DNA of 63,919 bases, filler included, from Octopus bimaculoides (taxonomy: Eukaryota), in the NCBI RefSeq assembly GCF_001194135.2. It is 7 parts of 7 records of this genome, joined end to end, with 100 filler letters (N's around TTAATTAATTAA, not from the genome) between each part and the next. Parts side by side here need not be neighbours in the genome. Positions count along the whole stretch, not along the records: positions 1 to 25,639 come from NC_069002.1; positions 25,740 to 36,570 come from NC_069004.1; 5 more parts are not named here. One strand, given 5' to 3'. Of the stretch, positions 13,544-27,854 are shown one piece after another. Numbering within the stretch: the stretch's first letter is position 1; each line of letters begins with the position of its first letter. The position numbers and the translations under genes were made by a program. Under the pieces are notes generated by a model. That model did not search any database. It was not told the origin of the DNA and worked only from the letters and a program-made list of their open reading frames with translations.

Positions 13544-13753
13544 AAGGCGGCAAGTTGGCAGAAACGTGAAAACGCCGGGCGGAATGCTCAGCGGTATTTC
13601 GTCTGTCTTTATGTTGTGGGTTCAAATTCCGCCGACTTTGGCTTTCATCCTTTTGGGGTCGATAAATTAAGTACCATCGGTGTACTGGGGTCGATCTAAT
13701 CGACTGACACTCTCCCCAAACATTTAGCCCACGTGCCTAGAGTAGAAAAGAAT
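13544..13753 (+). mobile_element. CORE-SINE (OR-type), full length
   Basis: aaggcggcaagttggcagaaacg head; gggttcaaattccgcc B box; tttcatccttttggggtcgataaattaagtacc CORE. Confidence 0.9.
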
Positions 13754-13888
13754 ATGCAGATTCATTAAAATATGCAATCAAATGCTTGTGATTCACTTGT
13801 CTTTTTCTTTTGCATTATTAAAAAGAATGGGGTTTTTTTTTACTCATAGAAAGGCTAAATTCTATTTTATTTTAAACTTTATGTTGCT

Positions 13889-14010
13889 TTATATATAATT
13901 TAAATTTTGTTTTATATATAATTTAAATTTTGTTTTATATATAATTTAAATTTTGTTTTATATATAATTTAAATTTTGTTTTATATATAATTTAAATTTT
14001 GTTTTATATA
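13889..14010. repeat. 23-bp minisatellite, about 5 perfect copies
   Basis: Unit tatataatttaaattttgtttta; the single G recurs at 13909, 13932, 13955, 13978, 14001. Confidence 0.95.
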
Positions 14011-15203
14011 TGTTTATGTCGTCATATATACAAAGATTTTCACACAAGAGTACACAGAAACGCGTGGTTGTGCATACATTTAAGATTGTTTTGTATATTT
14101 ATGTTTCTGTGAAGTATATAACTGAAGAATTCCTAACGTAGACTATAAAGCTGTGAGAATTGAACTCCAAAATATAATTACTGGGTGAATTATGGAAATC
14201 GGAACATTCATCATTTGCCTGATTGTAAAGCACGGTATGGAAAATCTTGCAGATTTTCTCCCTGCCCAATGCATATCTGCCTGAAGTATGATACGTATTC
14301 CAGACCCGTTTTGGAGTTTATTCCAATCCCAGTGATTTATTTTTAAACCTTACCAACTTGTCCTGGAAAGGACAAAGATTGAGGGGATATAACGAAAAAT
14401 GGTACTGGTGTCCTGGAAACAGTCGTCGTGAGGGTCAACGGTGTAAAGAGTTACACACACACATAGTAAAGCTCTCAACTCTGAAGAGGGACAAACAAGT
14501 TGAAATCTTATAACTAACAAATGCTGGACGAATATATAACATTATAATTAAGTTCAGAGTGTATTTATCGAATTTCATGAGAATGAATATGCATCTTCTT
14601 GGAATAAAGCAAATGCAATATTTTGTGAAAAAAATGAACAGATAAATAAAAAGAAACTGGAAATATCTTCTTGAAGAAGATATTTAAGAATTGCAGAATA
14701 TTAAGTAGCACAGCGTTCTAAAGTGTGTGTTAGATAACCATAGTGATTGGGAAGAGCTATAGGAATATCGATCTTCATGTTTCTTTGTAAAACATTAAGA
14801 ACTATAATTGAAAATAAAGAAAGATGCAGTTTAAGAACAATTTCTATAAATGCGCCCTAAATGAAAACGGAAAGATTTCTTTATGAATATGGCAGATTGT
14901 GTTATCCATGAAATAATATTAATACACTTGCACGCATATACGAAGTGTGTGTCGGTTGTGAGCGTGTATTTGTGTGAGTGTAATAGGGTTTGAGTACGTG
15001 AAAGCATGTTTGTACATGCCTGTATGTGTATGTATGCCGGCGTATGTGCATGTGTGTGTGTGTGAGTGTGAGAGAGTGTGCTAATCACTAATGGAAATAG
15101 TTTATAATCTTATACTGTCGACCAGAATCGAATTGGATGATCGAAATCAGTTATGCAAGACCACGCATACACACACACATACACACACATGTATCTAACC
15201 TGG

Positions 15204-15269
<66 letters not shown>

Positions 15270-15729
15270 GTGTGTGTGCGCGCGTGTGTGTGTGTGTGTG
15301 TGCTTATAAACATGTGTGTGAATGTGTGTATGTGTGTATGTGTATCTGAGCGTGAGTGTGTGTGTGTACCTATAGTGTGTATCTGTGAATGTTAGCTTGT
15401 CAGGTGCGGCGTAATACGAAAATAACACCTTCCGAACTAAATGCTTTATTACTCCCCATTCGAGATGGTGTTTTCCATTAAATATATTTCTATTCATACT
15501 TCATCAATCGGTTTGAATTTAATTCTCTTTTTTACTTTTATTTTTGTAAACACGAACTATCATTGAAGAATGTATTTAAATTACGTCTCCATTCCTTTAT
15601 ATGACTTTCACTCACGTCTCCCACAGGGAACACCAATATTTACGTGGTTCATTATCTTTATAGAAGCGAAAATATAATGTAAATTTTTACCATCAATTTT
15701 GCATGGAAAAAATATTCCGGTTTCAATCA

Positions 15730-15857
15730 ATAATAAATAGATAAATAGATGGATAAATGTATAGATAAATAGATAAATAAATAGATAACCTCATAGATAT
15801 ATAGATAAATAGATAACGTGGTAGGTAGATAGATAAACTGATAGATAGATAGATTGG

Positions 15858-15903
<46 letters not shown>

Positions 15904-16060
15904 CATAGATACATACATACATACATACATACATACATACATGCATACATACATACATACATACATACATGACAGACACACACATACGTACGTACATTCA
16001 TACATATATACATACATACATACTTACGTACATACATACGTACATACATGCACACGTACA
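15730..16060. repeat. Compound tetranucleotide array, (TAAA/TAGA)n grading into (TACA)n
   Basis: Directly visible; abuts the truncated 5' end of the R4/Dong fragment. Confidence 0.95.
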
Positions 16061-16062
16061 TA

Positions 16063-17330
<1,268 letters not shown>

Positions 17331-17687
17331 CAACTGAACATTGCAATACATACTTCTCAAGAAATGCCTTAGATGGATTCTAAATGTTTAAATTTCTAAA
17401 GAAGTAGAAGGCAGACNNNNNNNNNNNNNNNNNNNNNNNNNNNNNNNNNNNNNNNNNNNNNNNNNNNNNNNNNNNNNNNNNNNNNNNNNNNNNNNNNNNN
17501 NNNNNNNNNNNNNNNNNNNNNNNNNNNNNNNNNNNNNNNNNNNNNNNNNNNNNNNNNNNNNNNNNNNNNNNNNNNNNNNNNNNNNNNNNNNNNNNNNNNN
17601 NNNNNNNNNNNNNNNNNNNNNNNNNNNNNNNNNNNNNNNNNNNNNNNNNNNNNNNNNNNNNNNNNNNNNNNNNNNNNNNNNNNNNNN

Positions 17688-17790
17688 GGAGGAGGTGGAG
17701 GAGGAGGTGGAGGAGGTGGAGGAAGTGGAGGAGGTGGAGGAGGACAAGACAAAGAAGAAGAAGAAGAAGAAGAAAAAGAAGAAGAAGCTG
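17688..17790. repeat. Purine triplet array (GGA)n-(GAA)n
   Basis: Directly visible next to an N gap, just upstream of the HERO element. Confidence 0.9.
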
Positions 17791-17799
17791 TTGGATAAA

Positions 17800-20700
17800 A
17801 ATAAACGGTAGTGATCAGAATCAATAAGCTTGAATAACGACCAGAATTAGTGGAGAAAATATGAAATATTTCACTTCAGTAGTATGTAGAACTTTTGCAA
17901 CTGTAAGAGGCTTCAAGACTTGTGGGAAGAAGACAGAGCAGTGTAGATCATCTGATCGTAAAACACGTGGCAAATCATCCCCGGACGCAAACCACAGCGG
18001 ATCGATAAATGCTACAGCAAAGACCTCTTCCCGTCAGGAAACTACAAGTCATGAGTCTGGTGCATCAGATAGTACTCGGAGGAGACGAAGGTTTTGTGGC
18101 ATGTTGCTAATGAGAAAGAGATATATAAAGAGTTTGAAAACAAGGTATGTCGAGCTCTTTATAAAATGACAGGCTCTACAGTGGAGAAACTGGGAAAATT
18201 AACAAGCACGATTTACGATACAGGGAAGGAATTGTTTGGAGTGAAAGAGAATATCCGATTAGCGAAAGGAAGGTGTAGACCAAGGAGGAGGATCAGGAAA
18301 ATGAAACAGTTGAGGAAGCGATGGAAATGTGCTGCAGAAGATGAAAAACCTGGCCTCGCACTGCTGTATAACGATTTGAAAAAGAAATATCGTTATGTGC
18401 AACGACATATCCACTGATATAAGCGTCGAAAGGAGAGTAAAAGAACTCGGGGGCAGTTTCTGAAGGACCCGTACGGGTTTTCTAAGAAGCTGTTCACTGA
18501 ACCGAAGAGTGATTCTTTATCGTGCACGAAAGAAGAATTGGACGCTCATGTTAAAGAAATCTACAGCGATCCGCACCGTAACCAGCCACTGCCACCTCTA
18601 CATGGGCTAATCATTTCTCAGAACCTGATATCGAATTCCAAATTGGGGACATCAGGGAGAAAGAGGTGAGTGATTTCGTTAGAAAAGATAGAGCAAAGAG
18701 TGCCCCAGGAGGTGATGGCGTCTCATATAAAGTTTATAAATATTGCAATCGTCTGTGAAAGAAGCTCTTTGCCCTACTCCAACCGCTGTGGCGCGAAGAG
18801 ACTCTAGTAAAAGATTGGTGTAAGGCAGAAGGTATATACCTGCCGAAAGAGGCCAATGCAAAGACTTTAGACAGTTTAGGCCGTTATCGTTATTGAATGT
18901 GGAAGGCAAGATCTTTATGGGAATTCTTTCGAGGAGAACAGTGACGTATTTACAAAATAACGGGTATGTTGATGAATCTGTTCAAAAGGCCGGAATCTCC
19001 GGGATCCCTGGATGTGTTGAACATTGTTTTTAGATTTGGAAAGCGATCCAGGATTCCAAGCAGAAAAAAAAAACAAGACTGAACGTGATATGGCTTGACC
19101 TAAATAATGCATATGGCTCACTGCCACACGAATTACTGATCAGAACCATGGACAATTCCACATTCCAGACAAAGTGTTCAAAATAATGAAGATATATTAT
19201 GACAGTTTCGAGATGAGGTTTACAGCTGGAGATTTTACAACAGATTGGCACCGATTGGCGATTGGCATTGCTGCTGACTGTAAACTATTTTGTCACATGG
19301 TTTATCATTTTCATGAAAATGATTTTGAAAGCCGTGGATTTTTCGGAACAAATCGCCCATATACAATCGCTTAAGAAAGCCTTCATGGATGACGTGACAC
19401 TTCTATCTACAGATAAGCAAATCATGCAGAATGCCCTCTTTAAACTAGACGAGTTTGTGAGGAGGTCAAGGATGCAGTTTAGAGCAAAAAAGTCGTGTAG
19501 CCTGACATTTTTAAGGGAGTGCAGAAAGAATTTATGTTTCTAATAACTGAAGAAAGCATTCCAACAGTCAAAGAAGAACCCGTCAAGAGCTTGGGGCGAG
19601 TATATGCTGGAACATTTTCAGAGAGAAGTCGCGGAATGGAAATTATGAACAAGCCGAAGCTGGATAATCAGCGATTGAGAACTCGAAGTTACTAGGTAAC
19701 TAAAAAAATTGGTGCTTGTAGTTCGGTTTGTTCCCGCGAATTTCCTGGCCACTTTTAATATACGAGGTAGCCTTGTCACGAGTTCAGATCATTGAACAAA
19801 ATGTAATGTGTTCATTAGAAAGTGGCTAGGCCTACCTCAGATGTTGAACAGTTCAGCTCTTTATTGTAAAAGTGGTTCGTTGCAGTTACCACTAGCATCA
19901 ATAGTCGAAATATACAAACTAGGGAAGATACGGACGATGATGATGCTGAGAGAATCGAAGGATACGGAAATCAGGCATAACCCACCAGAGGTGAAAACAG
20001 CCAGGAAGAGGAAAGCAGAAGCAGAGACTGATGGCATCTTGTCTTCTCTTATACACAGAGATATGGTGGGTGGAAGGCAAAACCATCGGAAAGGACTTGG
20101 TTTTGGCGCAAATCAGTTCAGACCGTTTGCAGATATGATGCGGAGCGAATGCAGATCTGTTGTTAGCAACAGCGTCAAAACAAGAGAAGCAGAGAGAATG
20201 GAGCTTCATTTGATCCGATGTAGTCAACTAGGGCAGATGAAGAGATGGGAAGAACATGTTGTTGAGAGGAACATACGTTGGCATGAGAGATGGAAGTGGA
20301 CGATATCTCGGCTAAGTTTTCTGATTCGTTCATCCTATGATGTTTTGCCGTCACCTAGGAACCTCGTAAGATAGAACATCTAAGAGAATGACATATGCAA
20401 ATGCGGAAAGGTCGGAACACTGAAACATATTCTTTCCAACTGTTCCTTAGCATTCAATAGGTATACATGGAGACACAAACTGGTCCTGAAGGTTATCTTC
20501 AATGCTATGAAGAACCAAATTCATCTCAACAACACTGAGAAAAAACCGTTGAAAGAACCATCTAAAGTTTTTATTACCTTCGTGCGCTCAGGTCAGCGGA
20601 TCCGTTTCAAAACAAAAAACAAGAAACCTCCTGTGAGAAATGAAAAGTGGAACGACTATTGGGAAGTGACTGCAGATTTACCTGGATGCCAGGCATTCTT

Positions 20701-21060
20701 TCCCATCCCAGTTACGGAAAAACCGGACTTTTTAATGTGGCGTGAAAGAAGGAAAGTTGTAAATCTAGTCGATTTAACAGTTCCTCATGAAGAAAAATCT
20801 GGACGCCACCCGGGTTCGAAAGATTGATTGTTATGTAAACCTCCTCGAGAACTGTGAAGACGCAGGCTGGAAAGTGGAGAATTTTCTAATCGAAGTTGGA
20901 TGTAGAGGGTTTGTAGGACACAGTGTGAGACGACTGCTGTTATCGTTAGGCCTAACTCATCGTAAGTTAAATACCACCATGAGTGATATCCAAACTACAG
21001 TGGGGAAGGCTAGACACTGGATTTGGTTAAAAAGAGACGATGGCTAGAGAAATATTGAGC
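17800..21060 (+). mobile_element. Near full-length, decayed HERO-clade (R2-group) non-LTR retrotransposon
   Basis: KSAPGGDG; FRPLSLLNVEGKIF; GIPGCVEH; VIWLDLNNAYGSLPH; AFMDD; RKWLGLP; SYDVLPSPRNL; CKCGKVGTLKHILSNC; KPDFLMW..VNLVDLTVPHE; IEVGCRGF. Multiple stops and frameshifts. Confidence 0.88.
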
Positions 21061-22357
21061 CTTGTTTTGGTAGCACTTGCATGTGCGAGTTGTTTGCAAG
21101 ACATCAGAATTTGTAAAGGAAATAATCGTGAAAAGTATTTTTAGACGGAGTGAAATTATATGAAGCTTATACGAAGTAAGTTTAGATATGAGTATATAAG
21201 CGGCAAAGAAGCAAGTTAATAATGACTGAAGTATGTCCCTGCATGCGTGTGACGGAGAGAAAGAAATATGAGATAACTATATTAACAACCGAGGTCTAGT
21301 CTCTTCTAGTAAACACAGATTTAGTACAGAGCAGTAAATGACAGTTCTAGTGGAGTAGTTAGGAAAAGCACATCCTGAAGGCCGTGATGTTTTTAAATAT
21401 CAATGGTTCTGGCTGAAATGAGAGCGGACAAAACATGTTGATTGGTAGACCAGTTGGTTACCAAGACCCCAAAGTGTGCTCCTAATTTTGGAGAGAGAGA
21501 TAGAAAGATGGGTGGGGAAGTCAGTGTTGGAAGTAGCCGGCTCGGATTAGGGGTGACGAATGATTTGAAGGATGGTGCACTGGAGAGGGGTGCTGGTTTC
21601 ATAGAACGCTGAAGAACGAGCATTTAATGTGTGTGTAATTATGTCTTTGATAGAGTCTCGCAGTAAGGAGTGACATTGTAACAGTAAAACATCGTAGGAT
21701 CCAACAGTGAGTGCTGTTTTTAGGAACTTCTGTTAGTGCTTTGTTCATCTTTGTTTAATCTTCTCAGGTATAAACCATTTTGGGGGTTTCTTTTCTTTCT
21801 ATATTCCTTTGCATGAAATGTTGTAATTAAGTTTCTCTTTATTTCAAATTCGTTTCTCTGCATGTTCCATCTCCTTCCTAATTTTCTGTTATTCCACCAA
21901 TATGAATTTATGACTCGCTCCTTGTGTCCATGCTTTGTAACTTTCGAAGTCAGTTTACCATAGGCATTTGCCAGCTTAGAATATAAATGAAATAATTTCC
22001 AATTTCTGTTCAACCATTTAATCTCTTTCAACTTGATGAATAAACAACTTCCTTGTCATATTTGTGTAGTGCTTTTTTAATGCCACCAATATATTTATTG
22101 ATTTTCTTGCCCATCATCGCACTTTTATCTTACCGCTGACAAAATAACAACTACAGTTTATTATTGAAAGAGCTCTTCATTTCTGGAAAATAATTCAATT
22201 ATAAATAAAGCTCAAATCGTATCTAATAATTGTTTCCACGTGAAGCGGGTGACGCACACAGGATTTTGAGTTCTAAAACACTAACGCTTTCCGTCTTAAT
22301 TCATTGTGCAAGATTAGAATATAAAAATCGGATGGGTATCGTTTTGTCAATCGATAT

Positions 22358-22373
22358 CACTTCCGCCATGTTG
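22358..22373. promoter_or_regulatory. Overlapping ETS/YY1-type motif (candidate core promoter)
   Basis: cacttccgccatgttg contains ACTTCCG and CCGCCATNTT in a CpG-containing patch of unique sequence. Confidence 0.3.
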
Positions 22374-23369
22374 ACTTTGAGTAGTTTCGATTGCCGCTGT
22401 GCTGCGCAACTCTATCCATTATTCTCAATGTTTAAGGCATCAGCACACATTAGAAAATACGTTATTTGCTAATCTGTATAAATACGTATCAGCGGTGTGG
22501 TTCGCTTCATTGGTCAGTTGAGGTCGGTGTGTCTGAGGAGACGCACAACAAGACTGGAACACAACATGATTTATGAGGACACACATCGTCTAAAATGAGG
22601 AGGTATTATCTGATGACAGAAAAGAAGAGCAATCAGGTATTCCCTTCAAACGTGCAGGAAGGAATCAAGAAAAAAATAAATACATTATATATTAATAATT
22701 TCTCAATTTGTTTCTGAGGCAAATTATCGTTTGTTGGAACTGATCGATTTTGGCGTTTCTTTTTAGCGCGTTTCATTGACTTTATTATCGATGGTTTGAG
22801 GGATACATTTTGCAACAAGAACTAGTCATACCCTGCAGAATTATATATTTGTTCAAGTTTAATACAAATGTTAATGGATGCAAATATGTGCAGGATTAAT
22901 AAAAGTTACATTGGCTAACGGAAATATTCAATATTAAACATTTCTAGAATTATTATCGATGATAAATATGGTGTTCATCGTTAACGGAAATACCGAGCGT
23001 AAAGAAAATATGATTAGGATTAATAAAGTTACAGAGATATAAGAAACCCTACCTATCAAAGTTTCTGACAATGATATGGCTAGTTTCTGTAACCTTCCAA
23101 TACCTAATCTTAGATGTAATTTACGAAAGGCTCAATATTAATGACTATATGAATGCGGAAAGCTTTTTATTTCAAATACCATGTCATTTTAATTCATTCC
23201 TTCTTAGGTCATTTGTATTAATCCTTCAGTATTTGGCATTGTTATATTCAAAATTACAATGCTATTTTTATGATTTAGTATTTCTTTATGATGTAGACAC
23301 AACTGGCTTATTATTTTCAATGGAATGATATATCTGGATGCTAAAGTTCTATACGTTTTAAAATATTGG

Positions 23370-23577
23370 TCTAAAATTTTTAGATCAAACCAACAATTTC
23401 AGAGAGGGGTACTTCAATTAAATCAATCCGGAAATTTCGACTGGTACATATTTTATCGACCTCAAAAGGATGAAAGGCAAAGTCTATCTCGGCGGAATTT
23501 AAACGCAGTTCGTAAAGGTGGATGAAATACTGCTAAGCATTTTCCCGGTATGTTAACGATTCTGCCAGCTCACCACC
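23370..23577 (-). mobile_element. CORE-SINE (OR-type)
   Basis: Reverse complement of the family: tttatcgacctcaaaaggatgaaaggcaaagtc...ctgccagctcaccacc. Confidence 0.88.
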
Positions 23578-24679
23578 CGATGTTATTTAAATATTGTAAT
23601 ATATTTTGTAACACAAGCAGAGTTGTATGTGAGGACGCGTTTCTAGACATATGTTGAGTAGTTTAGTTTTATTATTTTTCGCCAGCAGTACTTTATACGA
23701 ATTAATATGTTTATTTTATTGACTGAGCTGTTTCATTGTAGCAGCAAATATTCACTGAACAGACATGTATGAATTATATTTTAGGCGTGAATATTCATTT
23801 CAGTACATCCAGTGGTGATGGGCTACTCTTCTAGCTTGAAAATAGTTATTTCTGCTCCCCGATTCAGACGTGACATTTATATACTGGACGATCGGGCTGA
23901 CGATGTTAACCATATAAATCATATCTTTATGACATTTGATCCCAATTAATTTTGTAGCACCATGATAGTTGCTTATGCTGATTTTGCTGATAGAAATCAA
24001 ACCGCATTACCCGAGAAGATTATGCAGTTTTGTATACAAACAATTTTTGATATTTTTCATCAAATTTAACAAAAGTATGTCGCAGAAATTCGAAGGCTGG
24101 GAAAATTAAAATAGACAAATTAATATCCAGCTTCTTATTTTGTTCACTGGTGTTGGCTTGGTTCTTATGATTCCCACTGATAGAGATGTGCTGTAGCTCT
24201 GTATCAGATTTATTTTATTGTGAGGTGAGTGTTAAAAATGGCACCATGTTGCAGAGAAGAGAATTTCGTTCTCTCACGCGTCATTTCAATCGAAATCGAG
24301 TTTTGTTTCAGATACATCAGCAATTGTCTTGATGTCGCATATAATATTTTTGACCTAAAGTTTATTTTAAAATATTTAATTTAGCTCCAGTATCACTATT
24401 TCATTTCACTGTTGTTTCTAGCAGAGCATGCTCAATGTAATGTCTAGAAAGTATAGTTATTCTCTTTGAGGTTAAGTGAGAAGCCGTGTGTACAATTTAG
24501 CTGTAAGTTTGTATTTCACTGATCGTTTGCCGTCAAAAACTCTCCCGTTTCTATCGACAGACTGATTTTTAGAAATTCTTGTTTGCGTTCGCTTTAACTG
24601 ACTGTAATGAGATGTTTGTTTCTACGTGGTTATCTGATTAGTATGTTTATTGCCTTTTGCAAGCTCATTTCCTGTACTC

Positions 24680-24829
24680 ATGGCCGCCCCGATTTTCTTC
24701 ATTCTTTTCTTCCTTCTTTTTGCCATGGAGTATCTCTGTGATGGGAAGTGTTTTGGTGATATCAATTCATTTCCTTATACCAAGTCATGTTTATTCATGT
24801 CTAAAGTCGGTCGATTTGGTATATTTTAA
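24680..24829 (+). CDS. Candidate first coding exon or small ORF of a secreted peptide (signal peptide)
   Basis: MAAPIFFILFFLLFAMEYLCDG-KCFGDINSFPYTKSCLFMSKVGRFGIF*. ctcATGg context; acceptor-like tgccttttgcaag ends at 24663. Confidence 0.4.
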   Translation: MAAPIFFILFFLLFAMEYLCDGKCFGDINSFPYTKSCLFMSKVGRFGIF

Positions 24830-25745
24830 TGTGTATTTTATTTCTATAGCTTGTTCTATTTCAATTATTTTTGGATAAAATATGATATATCATATCCGAT
24901 GTACGAGTAGCGCCGATTTCATTCCATCACACCCTTCGGAAACAACGCGCAGTAGAGAAGTGTTTCGTCAATGGTATTTCTATCTGATTCTGTATTAAAT
25001 TTCTGATATCTTTGCCTCACTTGATACCATTGCTTCTTTGCTATGAAATATATCTATTACTTTCGATGAAATTACAATAACGAAAAGGAAAAGTAATTTT
25101 CTAAATATGCAGAAGCAATTTTTATTGAAATATTTCCGCGATTCTCTAACGAAAATTTTCCATTAGATTCGATCAAATATCAATGAACAAAACGTAAAAC
25201 GCATTTTGTCAAATAAAAGGAACAGTTCTGGTTGATCTCACTGCAGCTTACGATACGAGAATTCTCATCTACCTTCGATTAAAATACATACAAAATATTT
25301 CAATAAGTATATCTTTGTTTTGTCTTCTACAGCTTTGTTGTTTTTTTTCTTTTATTCACACACAATAGTGTTAATATTAATTCATTCACAGATGTTGTTT
25401 GCTTTATGCACACGAATCTTTGTTTCTTAGTGCTTCCACCAAACCCGCAATCATTGAACGCGGTAAATGCTATTATTGTTATTTGTACAAGGTTACGGTA
25501 CTGATTTTATGTATGCATAACAATGTTATGCATTACCTTTCTTTCTCACATCCTTGTAAGTAACATTCATTGTACTAATTACAATAAAATGCTGGATCTT
25601 GATTTCATATTTACTGAATGATATATATATATATATATANNNNNNNNNNNNNNNNNNNNNNNNNNNNNNNNNNNNNNNNNNNNTTAATTAATTAANNNNN
25701 NNNNNNNNNNNNNNNNNNNNNNNNNNNNNNNNNNNNNNNTATATG

Positions 25746-25777
<32 letters not shown>

Positions 25778-26489
25778 CATGTATATATATAAACATATAT
25801 TTGTATATATTTACATATATGTAAGCACTATGAGATACATACCGTCTGACGTGCACACGTAGAGTAAACGGAATGTATATGTTCCGAATTCTATTCATAT
25901 CAGTGTGATTGTAGGATCACAACGTGTGCATTGAAAATAATATATTAGAAGAAAAGGTCACGGCAGATCACACATTTTATGTGTTAGTGTAAATATTTAT
26001 AGAAATGCATTTAGTGAAATAGTTTTGAAATATGAAAGTAACTAATTCTATGTTACTTTTATGTATATTTATAAATATATATTTCTGTATTAATGAATAT
26101 GATTATCCAACTTTCTATAACTGTCTCACTCTCGCCCTCTGACAATATATATATATATATATATATATATAGGTATATGAATACATATATCTACATACAT
26201 TCATGCATATATACAAAATCATGTTATATTATATTATGTTATATTGTGTTGTATTGAATTGTATTGTACTGTTCTGTATTGTATTGTATTGTATTATACG
26301 TATTATGCATTATGAATAAAATATGACTACCTGAAACCTCGTGAATCGATATTCAGCGTTTCTCGGTTCCGATATTAGAACGATATACAAAATATCGAAT
26401 AATGATTTGGGACATCAGTTTCCAACAGAATGTAACATAACACACTTCTTTTAGTATTGAGTACAACTACTTCTCCTCCCTGTCCACTT

Positions 26490-26779
26490 ACATGGGGCCG
26501 AAGAGATGATAGTCAAGTGACGATGATAGTCCAGTGACGAGGAAGTGAAAACTGTAGTGAAGAAGTAACTCAAAGAACAGTCAATAGAATTTTACGGGGC
26601 AGGGATATATGCTCTCATTCGAAGGTGGAACATTGCTGTTGAGAGAAACAGTAACTACGTTGAGAAGTAGGGACGTGATCTACAGAGGACCAGCTTTATT
26701 TTGATGTATGATACATGTCCCTGTGTTGGAAATTATACCTGTCCTAAACAAAATGGCATTACTTTTTGACTCAACCTCG
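26490..26779 (+). mobile_element. Mariner transposon 3' end with right TIR
   Basis: SDEEVKTVVKK*LKEQSIEFYGAGIYALIRRWNIAVERNSNYVEK*; TIR ggcattactttttgactcaacctcg followed by TA. Confidence 0.85.
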
Positions 26780-26784
26780 TATAT

Positions 26785-26998
26785 TCTTTTCTACTCTAGT
26801 CACAAGCCTGAAATTTTTGATAGTGGGCCAATCGATTAGATAGATCCCAGTAGGCAACTGGTACTTAATTTATCGATCCCGAAATGATGAAAGGCAAAGT
26901 CGACCTCGGCAGAGTCTGAATTCAGAACGTAAAGACAGACGAAATACCGCTAAGCGTCTCGCTCAGTGTGCTAACATTTCTGCCAGCTCGCCGTCTTA
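26785..26998 (-). mobile_element. CORE-SINE (OR-type)
   Basis: ggtacttaatttatcgatcccgaaatgatgaaaggcaaagtcgacctcggc...ctgccagctcgccgtctt. Confidence 0.9.
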
Positions 26999-27049
26999 AG
27001 TGACAAATATATCGTATTCGCTCATGCCAGCTTGAGTTTTGACACTGGG

Positions 27050-27595
27050 AATAATCAGCTCAAAATATTTGGGCGCTTGCCTAAGATCTTGCAAAGAATC
27101 TTCCCGCTTATGAAAGGATAAGAACGAGTGGTGGTTCTAGGGTGAGATGAGAATGAATTCAAACGTCGGAAGTACAAAAACCGGAAATGATTCGATGCAA
27201 TGATGCAATGACGCCCCATCTGTCAAACCTTATGATGTGGTGTTTTAGCTGTTGAATCCGAACGAAAAGTGAAAATTGATCTCTGCCGGATTTGAGAAGT
27301 GGAATAGCTAAACTGAGAATAATCAAGTGAAAATATTTGGGTTCTTGCCAAAAATCTTGAAAAAGAATCTTCTTGCTATTGAAAGGTTAGGAATGACCGG
27401 TGGTTCTAGGGTGACGTGAGAATGAATTCAAACTCCGGAAGTATAGAAGCGGAACCGATTCGACGCAATGACGAACCATCAATAAGACAGTTGTGAAGTG
27501 GAGCTTTAGCTGTGGAACCCCCATCGAAGAAAAATGAAAATTGATCTTTGCAGGATTCGATGTTAATGATTAGAAAAGTAGAACAGCTATTGCAA
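27050..27595. repeat. Two diverged ~268-bp tandem units
   Basis: Collinear shared blocks: gaataatca, aaaatatttggg, aagaatcttc, ggtggttctagggtga, tgagaatgaattcaaac, cggaagta, gcaatgacg, tttagctgt, gaaaattgatct. Confidence 0.9.
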
Positions 27596-27788
27596 AACAT
27601 TCCATTTTTTAGTCTAGATACTGTGCGAATTAGATGCTATGTGTGTATATGGTTTCTGTATGTACATACCATTATCAATAACTATGCATATACATGCTCA
27701 TGCAAATGCATATGTATGTAAAAATATATGTATGTCTGTATATATATAAGAATATATATCCATATGTACATACATACATATACATACA

Positions 27789-27854
<66 letters not shown>

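Noticed and set aside
13889-14010. 23-bp repeats as a possible CRISPR array
   Set aside because: Contiguous copies with no spacers, in a eukaryotic context.
14350-14510. Hammerhead-like modules (gtcct-g-gaaac at ~14410; caact-ctgaaga-gggac at 14481)
   Set aside because: Stem I and II partners can be drawn in a permuted order, but there is no stem III partner or NUH triplet.
21720-22031. 103-aa minus-strand ORF
   Set aside because: No recognisable domain or splice support; within chance for AT-rich DNA.
22610-22625. CTGATGA-CA-GAAA
   Set aside because: No stem II and no supporting stems I or III; chance match.
25684-25695. Recurrent TTAATTAATTAA inside N runs (also 36615, 49614, 53915, 59260, 62425)
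   Set aside because: Identical pad centred in gaps that gives stops in all frames; an assembly artefact.
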